Positions 46,712 through 56,139 of a DNA stretch of 61,030 bases are shown here, one piece after another; position 1 is the stretch's first letter, and every line of letters starts with the position of its first letter. The position numbers and the translations under genes were made by a program. The notes below the pieces were generated by a model. It did not search any database. It was not told the DNA's origin and saw nothing but the letters and a program-made list of their open reading frames with translations. This DNA comes from Bacilli bacterium (lineage in GTDB: Bacteria > Bacillota_I > Bacilli_A > RFN20 > CAG-826). The stretch covers positions 1-61,030 of the forward strand of contig JAFVCC010000037.1 in assembly GCA_017479485.1 (NCBI GenBank). Reading direction: 5' to 3'.

Positions 46712-46780
46712 TGGAGTAGGACGGTTGTGCTTTGTCTCAGCTGGTAAAACGGTTTTCCTCACAAAGCATTAGTCGAAGCA
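46712..46780. repeat. Degenerate seventh left end
   Basis: TGGAGTAG-GAC start; CGAAGCA near expected offset; follows R7 after 4 bp. Confidence 0.4.
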
Positions 46781-46972
46781 TATGTGGGCGTTATTGAATG
46801 TAAAAGAATGGCATATATCTAAAAAGCCACAATCTAAGAAATTATCCAAAAATTCCTGCAGAACAAGGATATTTTTCAATTCATGACGGGCTTGGATTAC
46901 GTCGCTACAGCCTTCTTCCTCTTGTGTTAAGAATGAGATAAAGCGTCTATAATTTGGGCAAGGAGTTCCCCT

Positions 46973-47929
46973 ATGCCTCATTCTTCTGGCGGTGGGTCAA
47001 GCGGAGGCGGATTCCATTCTGGAAGCTCCTCCAGCGGCGGCCCAAGCTATCGTACCTCATCGCATTATTTCGCGGGATCGACCTGCTATGTTTACTATGG
47101 TCGTAACGGCCGACTTCATACCGTCTATACAAACAATCCAAATAGTCCGACGAAGAAATCCACCATCCTTACTTTCGTGATGCTCGGCGTCATGATGATT
47201 GCGGGTGGACTCGTTGCTTTCTTTGGGGGCTACCATAACCCCAGCAAATTACCAACGGACTATTCGACGAGCATTCTGATTCAAGATGAAACCGACGTTT
47301 TGGATGAGGACGACGAAGCCAAACTACGCAGTACATTCCAGGAATTCTTCACGGTAACGGGCATCTGCCCGAGCGTCCTTGCTGTCGATAACAGCGTGTG
47401 GAACACTCATTACGCCTCTCTTGAAGGCTATGCTTATGATGCCTACCTTGCTCGCTTCAAAGACGAGTCCCATTGGCTCATCGTCTATAGCGACGTCGGT
47501 GGCAGCCACGACAATTGGTCCTTTGAGGGAATGCAAGGAAACGACACCGACAGCATTCTCTTTACTTCCGTGACGGACCGTTTCAATGAATCCCTTTACG
47601 ATAGCCTTAGCGACAAACGGCCCGTCGGCGAATCCATCGAAACGGCATTTCGCCTCATCATGCCGAACATCATGGATAAGAACTATCACTTGGAACTCCC
47701 TCTTTTGATATTCGTTATCGTTTGGGAAGGCGCATTAATCGCCGTGTTGGTTCGCTCGATTCTGCAGTGTTTTCAGAACAAAGGAATGCAAAGCGGAACC
47801 AAAATCGAAGGTCAACCGACCATCAAAAAATGCCCGTTTTGTGATAATGAGTACGCGCAGGGGACGGTTATCCGCTGCCCGAAGTGCGGCGGCATGCTCC
47901 ATTTCGATGCATTCGGGCCGAAAGAATAA
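46973..47929 (+). CDS. Membrane protein with Gly/Ser N-terminus, TPM-like domain and C-terminal zinc ribbon
   Basis: Two TM segments; ILIQDETDVL; CPFC...CPKC. Confidence 0.6.
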   Translation: MPHSSGGGSSGGGFHSGSSSSGGPSYRTSSHYFAGSTCYVYYGRNGRLHTVYTNNPNSPTKKSTILTFVMLGVMMIAGGLVAFFGGYHNPSKLPTDYSTSILIQDETDVLDEDDEAKLRSTFQEFFTVTGICPSVLAVDNSVWNTHYASLEGYAYDAYLARFKDESHWLIVYSDVGGSHDNWSFEGMQGNDTDSILFTSVTDRFNESLYDSLSDKRPVGESIETAFRLIMPNIMDKNYHLELPLLIFVIVWEGALIAVLVRSILQCFQNKGMQSGTKIEGQPTIKKCPFCDNEYAQGTVIRCPKCGGMLHFDAFGPKE

Positions 47930-48088
47930 TCCCCGTATCATGTTGCAGCGCTAGCAATGCTGGCATTAGACAGCTCCATGTGGGCGGTTTTATCTTGGGG
48001 GGCAAGGACAAATCAGGGCGCGGTAGGCCCGCCAATTGAAGGCAGATTGTGCTTTATGTATATAGTGACGTACCCGATAATCAATGAT

Positions 48089-48766
48089 ATGACCGAGATA
48101 CAAGAATACTTATTGTCTCAAGCGGATCCGAAATACCGCGACTTTACCCTGCCTTTAATTCCAAATGTCGACGAAAAGACATTCATCGGCGTACGCTTGC
48201 CGGTTCTTAAGAAATACGCCAAGGAGCTCAACCAAAAACAACGGGAAGAATTCCTCTCTTCGCTTCCTCATCCATATCACGAAGAAAACATATTGCATGC
48301 CTTCCTGCTCTCAAACATGAAGGATTACGACGAATTTCTTCGTTATGTCGATGCCTTCTTACCCTTTGTTACCAATTGGTCCGTATGCGACGCCATCTGC
48401 AATAAATATTTGAATCGGCATAAGGAGTCCTTAATCAAAGAAATTGAGCGGTGGTTAAAAAGCTCCGAGGTCTATCGGGTAAGATACGCGGTCAAATGCT
48501 TGATGAATTACTACCTGGGCGAGGATTTTAAAGAAGAATATATTCAAAAGGTCGCCGAAGTAAAACTTGAAGACTACTACGTCAAAATGATGATTGCTTG
48601 GTACCTCGCGACGGGGTTAGCGAAGAATTACGACCCGTTTATTCGAGCCATTGAAGAACGACGATTTGATTCATCCATCCATAACAAGACAATACAGAAA
48701 GCCGTAGAGTCCTACCGCGTCAGTGAAGAACACAAACAGTATCTAAAGACATTAAAAATCAAATAG
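48089..48766 (+). CDS. DNA alkylation repair protein (AlkD-like)
   Basis: FIGVRLP, YHEE, NWSVCD, YYVKMMIAWYLA; start set at MTEIQE. Confidence 0.8.
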   Translation: MTEIQEYLLSQADPKYRDFTLPLIPNVDEKTFIGVRLPVLKKYAKELNQKQREEFLSSLPHPYHEENILHAFLLSNMKDYDEFLRYVDAFLPFVTNWSVCDAICNKYLNRHKESLIKEIERWLKSSEVYRVRYAVKCLMNYYLGEDFKEEYIQKVAEVKLEDYYVKMMIAWYLATGLAKNYDPFIRAIEERRFDSSIHNKTIQKAVESYRVSEEHKQYLKTLKIK

Positions 48767-48885
48767 GGGATACCTTTGAGCCCGCTTGTTGCATGGGAAG
48801 ATATATTCCTTTATGCGACGCAAAATATGATGGACAAAACTAGAAATCCCGCCAAAAAGCGGCCAAAATACTTTAAATCCAGCTT

Positions 48886-49590
48886 ATGGGAAAACAAAAA
48901 AGCGTTCAAATATTGGTTGATTATCTCGGTTCTGATCTTCCCTCTGAAACCGACCAATATCCCTTAGGGTCCGTTTTTGAACTATCGGTTTTAGCGTGGC
49001 ATCACGAGATGGAGCTCTCATCCATCGCGTTCTTTGACGTAGAAGGCAATGAGCCAGTGAAGCCCAAAGACCTTCAAATCAAGGAGCTGGATCGGAGTTA
49101 CAAAGACCTCTATTGGTGGTATCAGCGCGAAGAGGATTATCAAAGGATCGTTTCCTTCACAGTGACGCAGCCAACTCGCGTCGTCGCCACCTATACACGA
49201 AGCTCGAAGCGCGTGGTTTTAATCATAGACACTAAAGCGCTAGGCAAAGATATCGACTTAAGCGCCTCCTACTTGTATTGTCAGGAAATGACGTATAACA
49301 ATTCGAAATGTCGTTTTGAAGGCGGCCCCCGGTTTTATTTCGATCTTAAGGACGATATGACCTTTGGCCTTGTGGTTTCTGTTGGAACGAACGTGGATAT
49401 GGAACTTGACGGTGCGACTCATCATTGCACTATCCGTAAGAGAATTAGTGCTGGCTGGGATCTTCTGATTTTTGGGACGCTTGATGAAGATGATGGATAT
49501 GGCGACACCATCAAAGGGGAAGGCGAGCACATCTTACTTCAAAACACAGAATCCATAGTGCGTTTCTTACCGCAAGATCAAAAAGACTAA
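48886..49590 (+). CDS. Hypothetical protein
   Basis: 234-aa ORF, no recognised motif. Confidence 0.6.
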   Translation: MGKQKSVQILVDYLGSDLPSETDQYPLGSVFELSVLAWHHEMELSSIAFFDVEGNEPVKPKDLQIKELDRSYKDLYWWYQREEDYQRIVSFTVTQPTRVVATYTRSSKRVVLIIDTKALGKDIDLSASYLYCQEMTYNNSKCRFEGGPRFYFDLKDDMTFGLVVSVGTNVDMELDGATHHCTIRKRISAGWDLLIFGTLDEDDGYGDTIKGEGEHILLQNTESIVRFLPQDQKD

Positions 49591-49663
49591 AATCGATACT
49601 TTTTAGCTCACGCCCCTCTTCTTTTTTCTTGCGCATTGCGCGCGAAGGGTTATTGTTTCGTCT

Positions 49664-50701
49664 ATGGACAATTTTTATCGTAGGGCGCGCTTAGAAGAGA
49701 TCGATCAAATTATGGAGGCGGTCGAGTACTCCCGGGAAGTCTTAAGACTTCAAGGAAATGGGCAGTGGCAAGATGGATATCCCAATCGAGATGACTTCGT
49801 TGAAGACATCAAAAAGCGGCACCTTTATGTCGTGCCGAAAATCGGTGAACCTGATACCGTGGCTGGCGTTATGGCGATGACATATTACGAAGAGCCTTAT
49901 CACCATCTTTATGAAGGCGAGTGGCTCAGTGACCTACCTTACGCAGTCATGCACCGTGTTGCCCTAAAAAAGGAGTTCCAAGGCCAGGGCTATGGAAAAC
50001 TCCTTTTCAAAGCTTTTATCGAACAAGCAAGCAAAGAAGGCTTTCGATCCCTGCGTATCGATACCCATGAAGGGAACGCGGTGATGCGCCATCTTATCGC
50101 GAAAGCGGGTATGTCCTTATGCGGGCGTGTTGTCTTGCCTCCCAATAAAGACCGCATGGTCTTCGAACTTGTCTTGCCCGAAAATGTTGTTACACCGAGG
50201 ATTCTTGAGAATGAGCGGTTCTTTTTCCGTGAATACCAGGAAGAAGACCTATTCTCCTTGCGGCAAATCTACCAAGATTCCGAGAACATGAAATATTTCG
50301 GAGCGCCGTACGACGAGCGGATGATGCGCCGCCTGATGGATTGGACGCAAGAAAACTACCGTAAATACGGATTTGGGTTCTGGGCCATCATCGATAAGCA
50401 TAGCGGTGAGTTCATCGGAGACTGCGGACTATCCTTGCAAAACATCGACGGCGAGCTTTTGCCTGAGATCGGCTATCACATCAACCCAAAATACCATAAC
50501 CAGCATTACGCGACCGACGCAGCTCGGCTCGTCAGGGAATATGGCTTTGCGACATTTGGCTTCAAATCTTTATATGGCTATACCGTTGAAGCCAACCTTC
50601 CTTCCATCAGTGTCATGAAAAATAACGGCATGCATTTTTGGAAGAAATTCGAAAAAGGAGGGGAGATTTACGTGGTTTTTCGCGTAAATCGTGAAGAATA
50701 A
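49664..50701 (+). CDS. Tandem GNAT acetyltransferase
   Basis: QWQDGYP, FQGQGYG; second RimJ-like domain with EIGY and NLPSISVM. Confidence 0.85.
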   Translation: MDNFYRRARLEEIDQIMEAVEYSREVLRLQGNGQWQDGYPNRDDFVEDIKKRHLYVVPKIGEPDTVAGVMAMTYYEEPYHHLYEGEWLSDLPYAVMHRVALKKEFQGQGYGKLLFKAFIEQASKEGFRSLRIDTHEGNAVMRHLIAKAGMSLCGRVVLPPNKDRMVFELVLPENVVTPRILENERFFFREYQEEDLFSLRQIYQDSENMKYFGAPYDERMMRRLMDWTQENYRKYGFGFWAIIDKHSGEFIGDCGLSLQNIDGELLPEIGYHINPKYHNQHYATDAARLVREYGFATFGFKSLYGYTVEANLPSISVMKNNGMHFWKKFEKGGEIYVVFRVNREE

Positions 50702-50703
50702 TC

Positions 50704-51393
50704 ATGGATGACTATGCAAAACTAAAGCAGTTTTGGGACGGTGTGTTTAAAGAAAATGAAGAGACCCAGCCCTTGCAAGGAAAATGGGTTGAAGAAGAAA
50801 AATTCAATCAGGTGATCCGTACCTATGTGAAGCCTGATGGCATGGTTTTGGACTATGGCTGCGGCAGCGGCTGGGGGTTAATGGAAATTGCATTCACGGT
50901 CAAAATCCAGCAGGGTATTGGAATCGACGTCTCACCTAATGGGGTGAAACGGGCCAACGAAGTGGCGGCCGCTTCGGGCCTCTCGAACCTGTCTTTCTAT
51001 TGTGGCGACCAAAACCTCCTTTGTGGTTATCCGGAAATGTTCGACTTCATCTTGTGCGTCAACACTTTGGACGTGGTGCCCGACAACGTTCAAGCCGAGA
51101 TATTGGAGCGCCTTTCTTCAGCGCTGCAGCCTAATGGACATTTATTCGTTGGGCTTAACCCCGACTTTAGCGAAGAAGTTCTGACGGAACGACTTGGCAT
51201 GGCCAAAAACGGTCATTACTTCTATAAGGATGGCGTGCTAAGAGCCAATAAAAAGTCCGTCGAGGAGTGGCGCGAATTGCTTTCAAACTACTTTGTTGTA
51301 GAGGAAAACTTCACATTTAGTCTCAACGAACGCGAGAGACAATACCCGCGCGTGGGCTTTGTGCTTGCGCCGCGCTCGCGCGTCATTGCCTAA
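50704..51393 (+). CDS. Class I SAM-dependent methyltransferase
   Basis: VLDYGCGSG. Confidence 0.85.
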   Translation: MDDYAKLKQFWDGVFKENEETQPLQGKWVEEEKFNQVIRTYVKPDGMVLDYGCGSGWGLMEIAFTVKIQQGIGIDVSPNGVKRANEVAAASGLSNLSFYCGDQNLLCGYPEMFDFILCVNTLDVVPDNVQAEILERLSSALQPNGHLFVGLNPDFSEEVLTERLGMAKNGHYFYKDGVLRANKKSVEEWRELLSNYFVVEENFTFSLNERERQYPRVGFVLAPRSRVIA

Positions 51394-51423
51394 AAAGGGA
51401 AAAGCGATTAGAATTTCGCCCAT

Positions 51424-53532
51424 ATGGATAAATTGGCTTTAGTTTGGAATGAATTCTGGCAAAAGAAATGGGTGCGCAAAGTTATTTCCTTTGCCCAAGC
51501 CACTTTGCCGTACCTTTTGCTCCTTGCGGTAAGCTTCCTTCCCTTCGTTGTTTGGTTCAAAAACCCCGAATATCTTACTAATGGCGACGACATTACCTGG
51601 CACCGGGTCTATGTTTACGATTTGGTTTACGGCTGGAAGAATGGTTTTTCTGGCATTTCCACGGGCCATACACTTCTCGGCAACCTCGGATATAACATCT
51701 ACACGTTCTACGCTCCGATGAGCCACTACATCGTGGGCATATTGAACTTCATGGGCATGAGGATCATCGATGCCTGGAAATTGGTGTCGATTTTAAGCGT
51801 GTTCCTTTCAGGCGTTTGGACTTACCGTCTTTCGCTTCAGTTCACGAAGGACAAAGGCGTTGCCTTGGCCTTAGGGATGGCTTATATCTTTTCCCCATAT
51901 CGTCTCTATTGCTTCCTCTACCGCGCGGCGTTCTCTGAAGCCTTCGCCCAAGCCTTTATCCCGTTATTGCTGCTTGGCGTGTTCCGCATCCTCAAAGAGG
52001 AAAAAGCAACGATCACCGGTTATCTTTGCGCCGTTATCGGTGGGGCGAGTTTGATTTTGTCTCACCCTTTCACCGCGTTACTATCCGGAATTTTGGCCGT
52101 CTTTATGGTCTTGGCGAACTTCAAAAACTTGATCCGCATCGTGAAACAGAAAGCGACGTGGATCTATTTGCCCATATCGCTGGTACTGCTCGCGATGATT
52201 GTCGCCTTCTACATGATTCCTATGCAACAGGCGTTAAAGACGGGGTATTACCGCATGTCGGATGAAGTCGCGGTGTGGACGAGCGTCGAGCACCTGGTGA
52301 CCGATATCAAGAAGACCGAGCAGTTTGCTGGATACCTTTATCCCGTGTGGATCAATTACATTAAGGACGGGTACCCTGGCGAAACGGAGACGACATGGAC
52401 TTGGGACATCATCTTATATCTCTTTGCCGCCTGCGCCTCAATCTTGACGCTGGCCATCGCCAAAAAGAAGGACAAGACCTATCTTGGGCTATCTTTCGCG
52501 ACCATCATCTCGCTCTTGCCCATCTTCTTTGTAACCCGTGAAGAGATGCTCTTTGCCATGCCCTTATTCACGTTAACGATGGTGTTCATAACCCTCCGTG
52601 AAGAACGAATTAAAACATCTGAAACTTCACTGCTCCAAAATCTAAAAAACGAAGCAAAAAATCCAGAAATCTATGTACTTCTCGTCTCAATGGTTCTTTG
52701 CTTGCTCTATTTGTACGTGCCCTTTATGTGGGAGCATTCGCCGGAAATTCTCCGCAAATGCCAGTTCCCGTTCCGCTTCTGGGGCGTCTTCAACATGATC
52801 GCCGTGTTGATCGCTCTCGTATTCGCCCGTGCCTTCTCCAAATACCGCGTCACGAAGTATGTCGCGTTAACCCTTTCCATCTTGTGGTATGTCACTGCGA
52901 TGGGACCAGTGGATAAGCGCATCGTCTATAGCAACCATGGCGGCAACGCCGCGGAGCCAGATATGTCCATGGTTCAGAGCCTACGCAACATCGGCGTCAT
53001 GAACGAATACATGCCGCGCATCTTCTACGATACGAGCTATAAGTCCGACTACACCAACTCTCTCTATAACACCATCCGCAGGGAGGTTCTTGTTACTCGC
53101 AAGTGGCAGTGGGGCGCAGAGGACTATCACCTGCCGGTTTACCTCGAGGGAACTGGCGATGTGACGGTCACTTCCATCAATAGCCCCAATGGGGTGTTCC
53201 AAGTGACGGTCACTTCGGAAGACGCCCTCCTACAGTTACCGCAATTTTATTACGATGGCTATGTCGCGACGTTGTCCCAAGGATCCGAAACCTATAAGGT
53301 CAACGGCGAATATGTCGATGGACTCGTAAGTTTCCGCTTAAAGCAAGGCACCTATACGATGGACGTCGCCTTTGTTGGGCCGACATCTTATCGCGTCCTT
53401 CGCCCCGTCTTCTATATCGGCGTCGCCGGAACGGTTATATTCGCGGCGGCCGGCTACCTAATTCCTTATTTTATAAAGAAGAAAAAGAAGGACGAAGTCG
53501 TTGAGCTTCCACCCGAACCCGTCGCGGAATAA
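51424..53532 (+). CDS. Polytopic membrane protein, PTPS-related/GT-C-like
   Basis: GDD..WH, FYAP, FSPYRL, AFSEA, QFPFRF, LPQFYYDGY; many TM. Confidence 0.65.
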   Translation: MDKLALVWNEFWQKKWVRKVISFAQATLPYLLLLAVSFLPFVVWFKNPEYLTNGDDITWHRVYVYDLVYGWKNGFSGISTGHTLLGNLGYNIYTFYAPMSHYIVGILNFMGMRIIDAWKLVSILSVFLSGVWTYRLSLQFTKDKGVALALGMAYIFSPYRLYCFLYRAAFSEAFAQAFIPLLLLGVFRILKEEKATITGYLCAVIGGASLILSHPFTALLSGILAVFMVLANFKNLIRIVKQKATWIYLPISLVLLAMIVAFYMIPMQQALKTGYYRMSDEVAVWTSVEHLVTDIKKTEQFAGYLYPVWINYIKDGYPGETETTWTWDIILYLFAACASILTLAIAKKKDKTYLGLSFATIISLLPIFFVTREEMLFAMPLFTLTMVFITLREERIKTSETSLLQNLKNEAKNPEIYVLLVSMVLCLLYLYVPFMWEHSPEILRKCQFPFRFWGVFNMIAVLIALVFARAFSKYRVTKYVALTLSILWYVTAMGPVDKRIVYSNHGGNAAEPDMSMVQSLRNIGVMNEYMPRIFYDTSYKSDYTNSLYNTIRREVLVTRKWQWGAEDYHLPVYLEGTGDVTVTSINSPNGVFQVTVTSEDALLQLPQFYYDGYVATLSQGSETYKVNGEYVDGLVSFRLKQGTYTMDVAFVGPTSYRVLRPVFYIGVAGTVIFAAAGYLIPYFIKKKKKDEVVELPPEPVAE

Positions 53533-53543
53533 TCGTCCGAAAT

Positions 53544-53565
53544 AAGCGGCCTCAGGTCGCTTTTT
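53544..53565 (+). terminator. Intrinsic terminator
   Basis: AAGCGGCC-TCA-GGTCGC-TTTTT. Confidence 0.65.
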
Positions 53566-53632
53566 CATTTGTTTACGAATTTATTTGTATTCAAATGTAT
53601 TTTTATGTATAACTATGTGTAGGAGGTTAAAA

Positions 53633-54004
53633 ATGATTCAATGGTTCAACGTCAAAGAGCGTAACGGCGTCGCCTCGCTCTATGGCAACAACATCACCTT
53701 GAACACTACCGCCATGTATCCACTCGACTTCGCCTATCGCGTGCAAGTGGGGATCGACGAAGACAAAAACATCATCATTAAGCCTTTGTCGAAGAACACG
53801 GTCGAATCTGGTGTTTTGGATGAGTGCTGCTTGCTGAAATTAGAAATCCATAAGAGTTTTGCAAGGATTTCTTCCACCATCCTAATGAAACAGATCAGCG
53901 ATGCGCTGGGCATCGAACTCTCCAAAGTCCCCATCCAATATGAAACGAAATGGGACAGCGTGGAGAACGTGCTCATCGTCAACACGAAAGGAGGACCACG
54001 ATAA
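53633..54004 (+). CDS. Hypothetical protein, first gene of nfeD-SPFH operon
   Basis: AGGAGG RBS; stop overlaps next start. Confidence 0.7.
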   Translation: MIQWFNVKERNGVASLYGNNITLNTTAMYPLDFAYRVQVGIDEDKNIIIKPLSKNTVESGVLDECCLLKLEIHKSFARISSTILMKQISDALGIELSKVPIQYETKWDSVENVLIVNTKGGPR

Positions 54005-54456
54005 TGGAAGAATATATGTGGATCGTATGGCTTAGCCTATTCGTCGTCATGATGGGTATCGAAGCCATCGGGCCGGCCGTCGTATCCGTCTGGTTCGCCT
54101 TCGGGGCGCTCGTGTCCTTAATCCTCTCCCTAATTCCCAACGTTCCCTGGTGGGTCGAAGTCATCGTATTCGTCGTGGTCTCCGTCGCGACGTTACTGGC
54201 GCTGCGGCCCTTCGTCAAACGCTTCACCAAGCGGAACGATTATAAGAGTAACGTGGACGCGTTCGTCGGAAAGAAGGGCCGTGTCATCGAGGACATCGAA
54301 ACCCTGAACCCTGGCGCGGTGAAAATCGGAGATGTCAGCTGGACTGCCGTTCCCGTAAACGAAAACGAAAAAATCCTCGAAAACGAGGTCATCGAGGTTG
54401 TGGCCGTCAACGGCAACAAGCTCGTAGTAAAGAAAGTAGAAGGTAAAACAAAATGA
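54004..54456 (+). CDS. NfeD family protein
   Basis: N-terminal TMs, FVGKKGRV, VKIGDVSWTA OB-fold. Confidence 0.85.
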   Translation: MEEYMWIVWLSLFVVMMGIEAIGPAVVSVWFAFGALVSLILSLIPNVPWWVEVIVFVVVSVATLLALRPFVKRFTKRNDYKSNVDAFVGKKGRVIEDIETLNPGAVKIGDVSWTAVPVNENEKILENEVIEVVAVNGNKLVVKKVEGKTK

Positions 54457-55385
54457 TTGCTCTCATCATTGTCTTGTCGGTGCTTGCAGCACTGATCCTC
54501 GTCGTCATCATCACCAGCATCAAGATCGTCAAGCAGACCGAAAAAATCATCGTTGAACGTCTTGGTGCATACCGCACCACCTGGGGTGTTGGCCTCCATA
54601 TGCTCCTTCCCTTCTTCGATCGGATTGCCCTCCGCGTTTCGATGAAGGAGCAAGTCAAAGACTTCGAGCCTCAATCGGTTATCACCAAGGATAACGTCAC
54701 GATGCAGATCGATACCGTCGTCTTCTTCGTGGTCACCGATGCAAAACTCTATGCCTATGGCGTGGAGAACCCCATGAGCGCGATCAACTACTTAAGCGCC
54801 ACCACGCTCCGTAACATCATCGGCGAACTCGCCCTCGATGAATGCTTGACCTCGCGCGAAATCATCAACGAGAAGATGCGCAAGATCCTCGATGAAGCCA
54901 CCGATCCTTGGGGCATCAAGGTCAACCGCGTCGAAGTCAAAAATATCCTACCGCCCAAAGACATCCGCGAAGCCATGGAAAAGCAAATGCGTGCCGAGCG
55001 TGAGAAGAGGGAAAAGATCCTCCTCGCCGAAGGTCAGAAGCAATCCGCCATCCTTGTTGCAGAAGGCGAAAAGCAATCCGCCATTCTCCGCGCCGAAGCC
55101 GATAAGCAAATGGCCATTCTCCGCGCCGAGGGTGAAGCCGAGAGCCTCCGCCAGGTCAAACAAGCCGAGGCCGACTCCATCCGCATGATGAAGGAAGCCG
55201 AAGCAGAAGGCTTGAAGCGCATCAACGAATCCGCTCCGAGCGAAGCCGCGTTACAGCTCCGTTATTACGAAGCCCTCACCAAGGTCGCCGATGGACAATC
55301 CACGAAGATCTTCCTTCCTGCTGATGTAGCGAAGATTGGGTCGCTTGCCTCTGTGGTTAAAGAATCCATTAAAGACGGCAAGTAA
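54453..55385 (+). CDS. SPFH/band-7 (stomatin/QmcA-like) protein
   Basis: ERLGAY, QSVITKDNV, LRNIIGEL, PWGIKVNRVE, AEREKR. Confidence 0.92.
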   Translation: MIALIIVLSVLAALILVVIITSIKIVKQTEKIIVERLGAYRTTWGVGLHMLLPFFDRIALRVSMKEQVKDFEPQSVITKDNVTMQIDTVVFFVVTDAKLYAYGVENPMSAINYLSATTLRNIIGELALDECLTSREIINEKMRKILDEATDPWGIKVNRVEVKNILPPKDIREAMEKQMRAEREKREKILLAEGQKQSAILVAEGEKQSAILRAEADKQMAILRAEGEAESLRQVKQAEADSIRMMKEAEAEGLKRINESAPSEAALQLRYYEALTKVADGQSTKIFLPADVAKIGSLASVVKESIKDGK

Positions 55386-55514
55386 TCCGACTCAAACCGA
55401 TGGGGATATAGCTTCATCGGTTTTTTCCTCTGCAAATCCCCAACGAATTGGAACAACTGTATATTTTTGCGCGGTTATCATCTACAATTTCGATTCTGGC
55501 GGAGGAAGCACTCT

Positions 55515-56075
55515 ATGGCTGAGAAAAAGTTTAATTCCGATACGAGTCTGATCATGGAAATCATTCGATTCGTGGTGGTTGGCGTTTATGGCACGCTGAT
55601 TGACTTTGCGGTCGAAGGCTGGTTTACCTCGATGGTCTCCTCCCGCGTTGCCGGAGTGGGTACCATCGGCGCCTTCTTCATCATGTTCTTAATCTCGGCG
55701 CTTGGCTTTATCGTGGCGACGCCTGCTACGTGGTCCTTAACCTCGATTTGGGGCTTCCGCAACGTCACCAAGGAGTCGGAAGAAAAATCCAAATCCCTCA
55801 AAGGCATGTTCATCTTTACTTTCTGGGCGGTTCTAGGCTTGCTTCTTGGCGCGGTGATCCAATTCTTCGGCTACATGATCTGCCTTGAATGGAGCGGCTG
55901 GGGAATTAACATCCTCGGTGGCTTTAGCTTCGAGAAGATGTTCGGCGAAGGCGGCAATATCAACATCTTCTTCGCTTGGGCGACCGTCATGGTGATCCGT
56001 ACCGGCTTCACCATGGTCTTCAATTACCTCACCCGCAAGTTCTTCATCTATAAGGCCCCGAAAGCGGCGGAATAA
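55515..56075 (+). CDS. GtrA-like membrane protein
   Basis: IIRFVVVGVYGTLIDF; FNYLTRKFFIY. Confidence 0.7.
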   Translation: MAEKKFNSDTSLIMEIIRFVVVGVYGTLIDFAVEGWFTSMVSSRVAGVGTIGAFFIMFLISALGFIVATPATWSLTSIWGFRNVTKESEEKSKSLKGMFIFTFWAVLGLLLGAVIQFFGYMICLEWSGWGINILGGFSFEKMFGEGGNINIFFAWATVMVIRTGFTMVFNYLTRKFFIYKAPKAAE

Positions 56076-56096
56076 CACGCACACTCATGCACACAT

Positions 56097-56122
56097 GCGC
56101 TCCTTTAAAAGGGAGCGCTTTT
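56097..56122 (+). terminator. Intrinsic terminator
   Basis: GCGCTCCT-TTAAA-AGGGAGCGC-TTTT. Confidence 0.65.
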
Positions 56123-56139
56123 GCGATATGGTATAAGGC

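Larger units (their letters stand above)
35398..46780. mobile_element. Tandem/nested stack of non-autonomous TGT...ACA transposon-like units downstream of rpsR
   Basis: Six left and six right ends with shared 8+24+19 bp repeat spacing, mostly 5-bp junctions, accessory cargo; no transposase in window. Confidence 0.75.

Noticed and set aside
35398-46780. Integron (attC) or CRISPR interpretation of the repeats
   Set aside because: No IntI or cas gene, no RYYYAAC/GTTRRRY cores, intervals are irregular and gene-sized; inverted TGT/ACA termini fit transposon ends better.
48783-48798. CGCTTGTTG-CATGGGA resembling the att site and right-end fragments
   Set aside because: Matches are too short and lack the 24/19-bp site spacing; chance is plausible.
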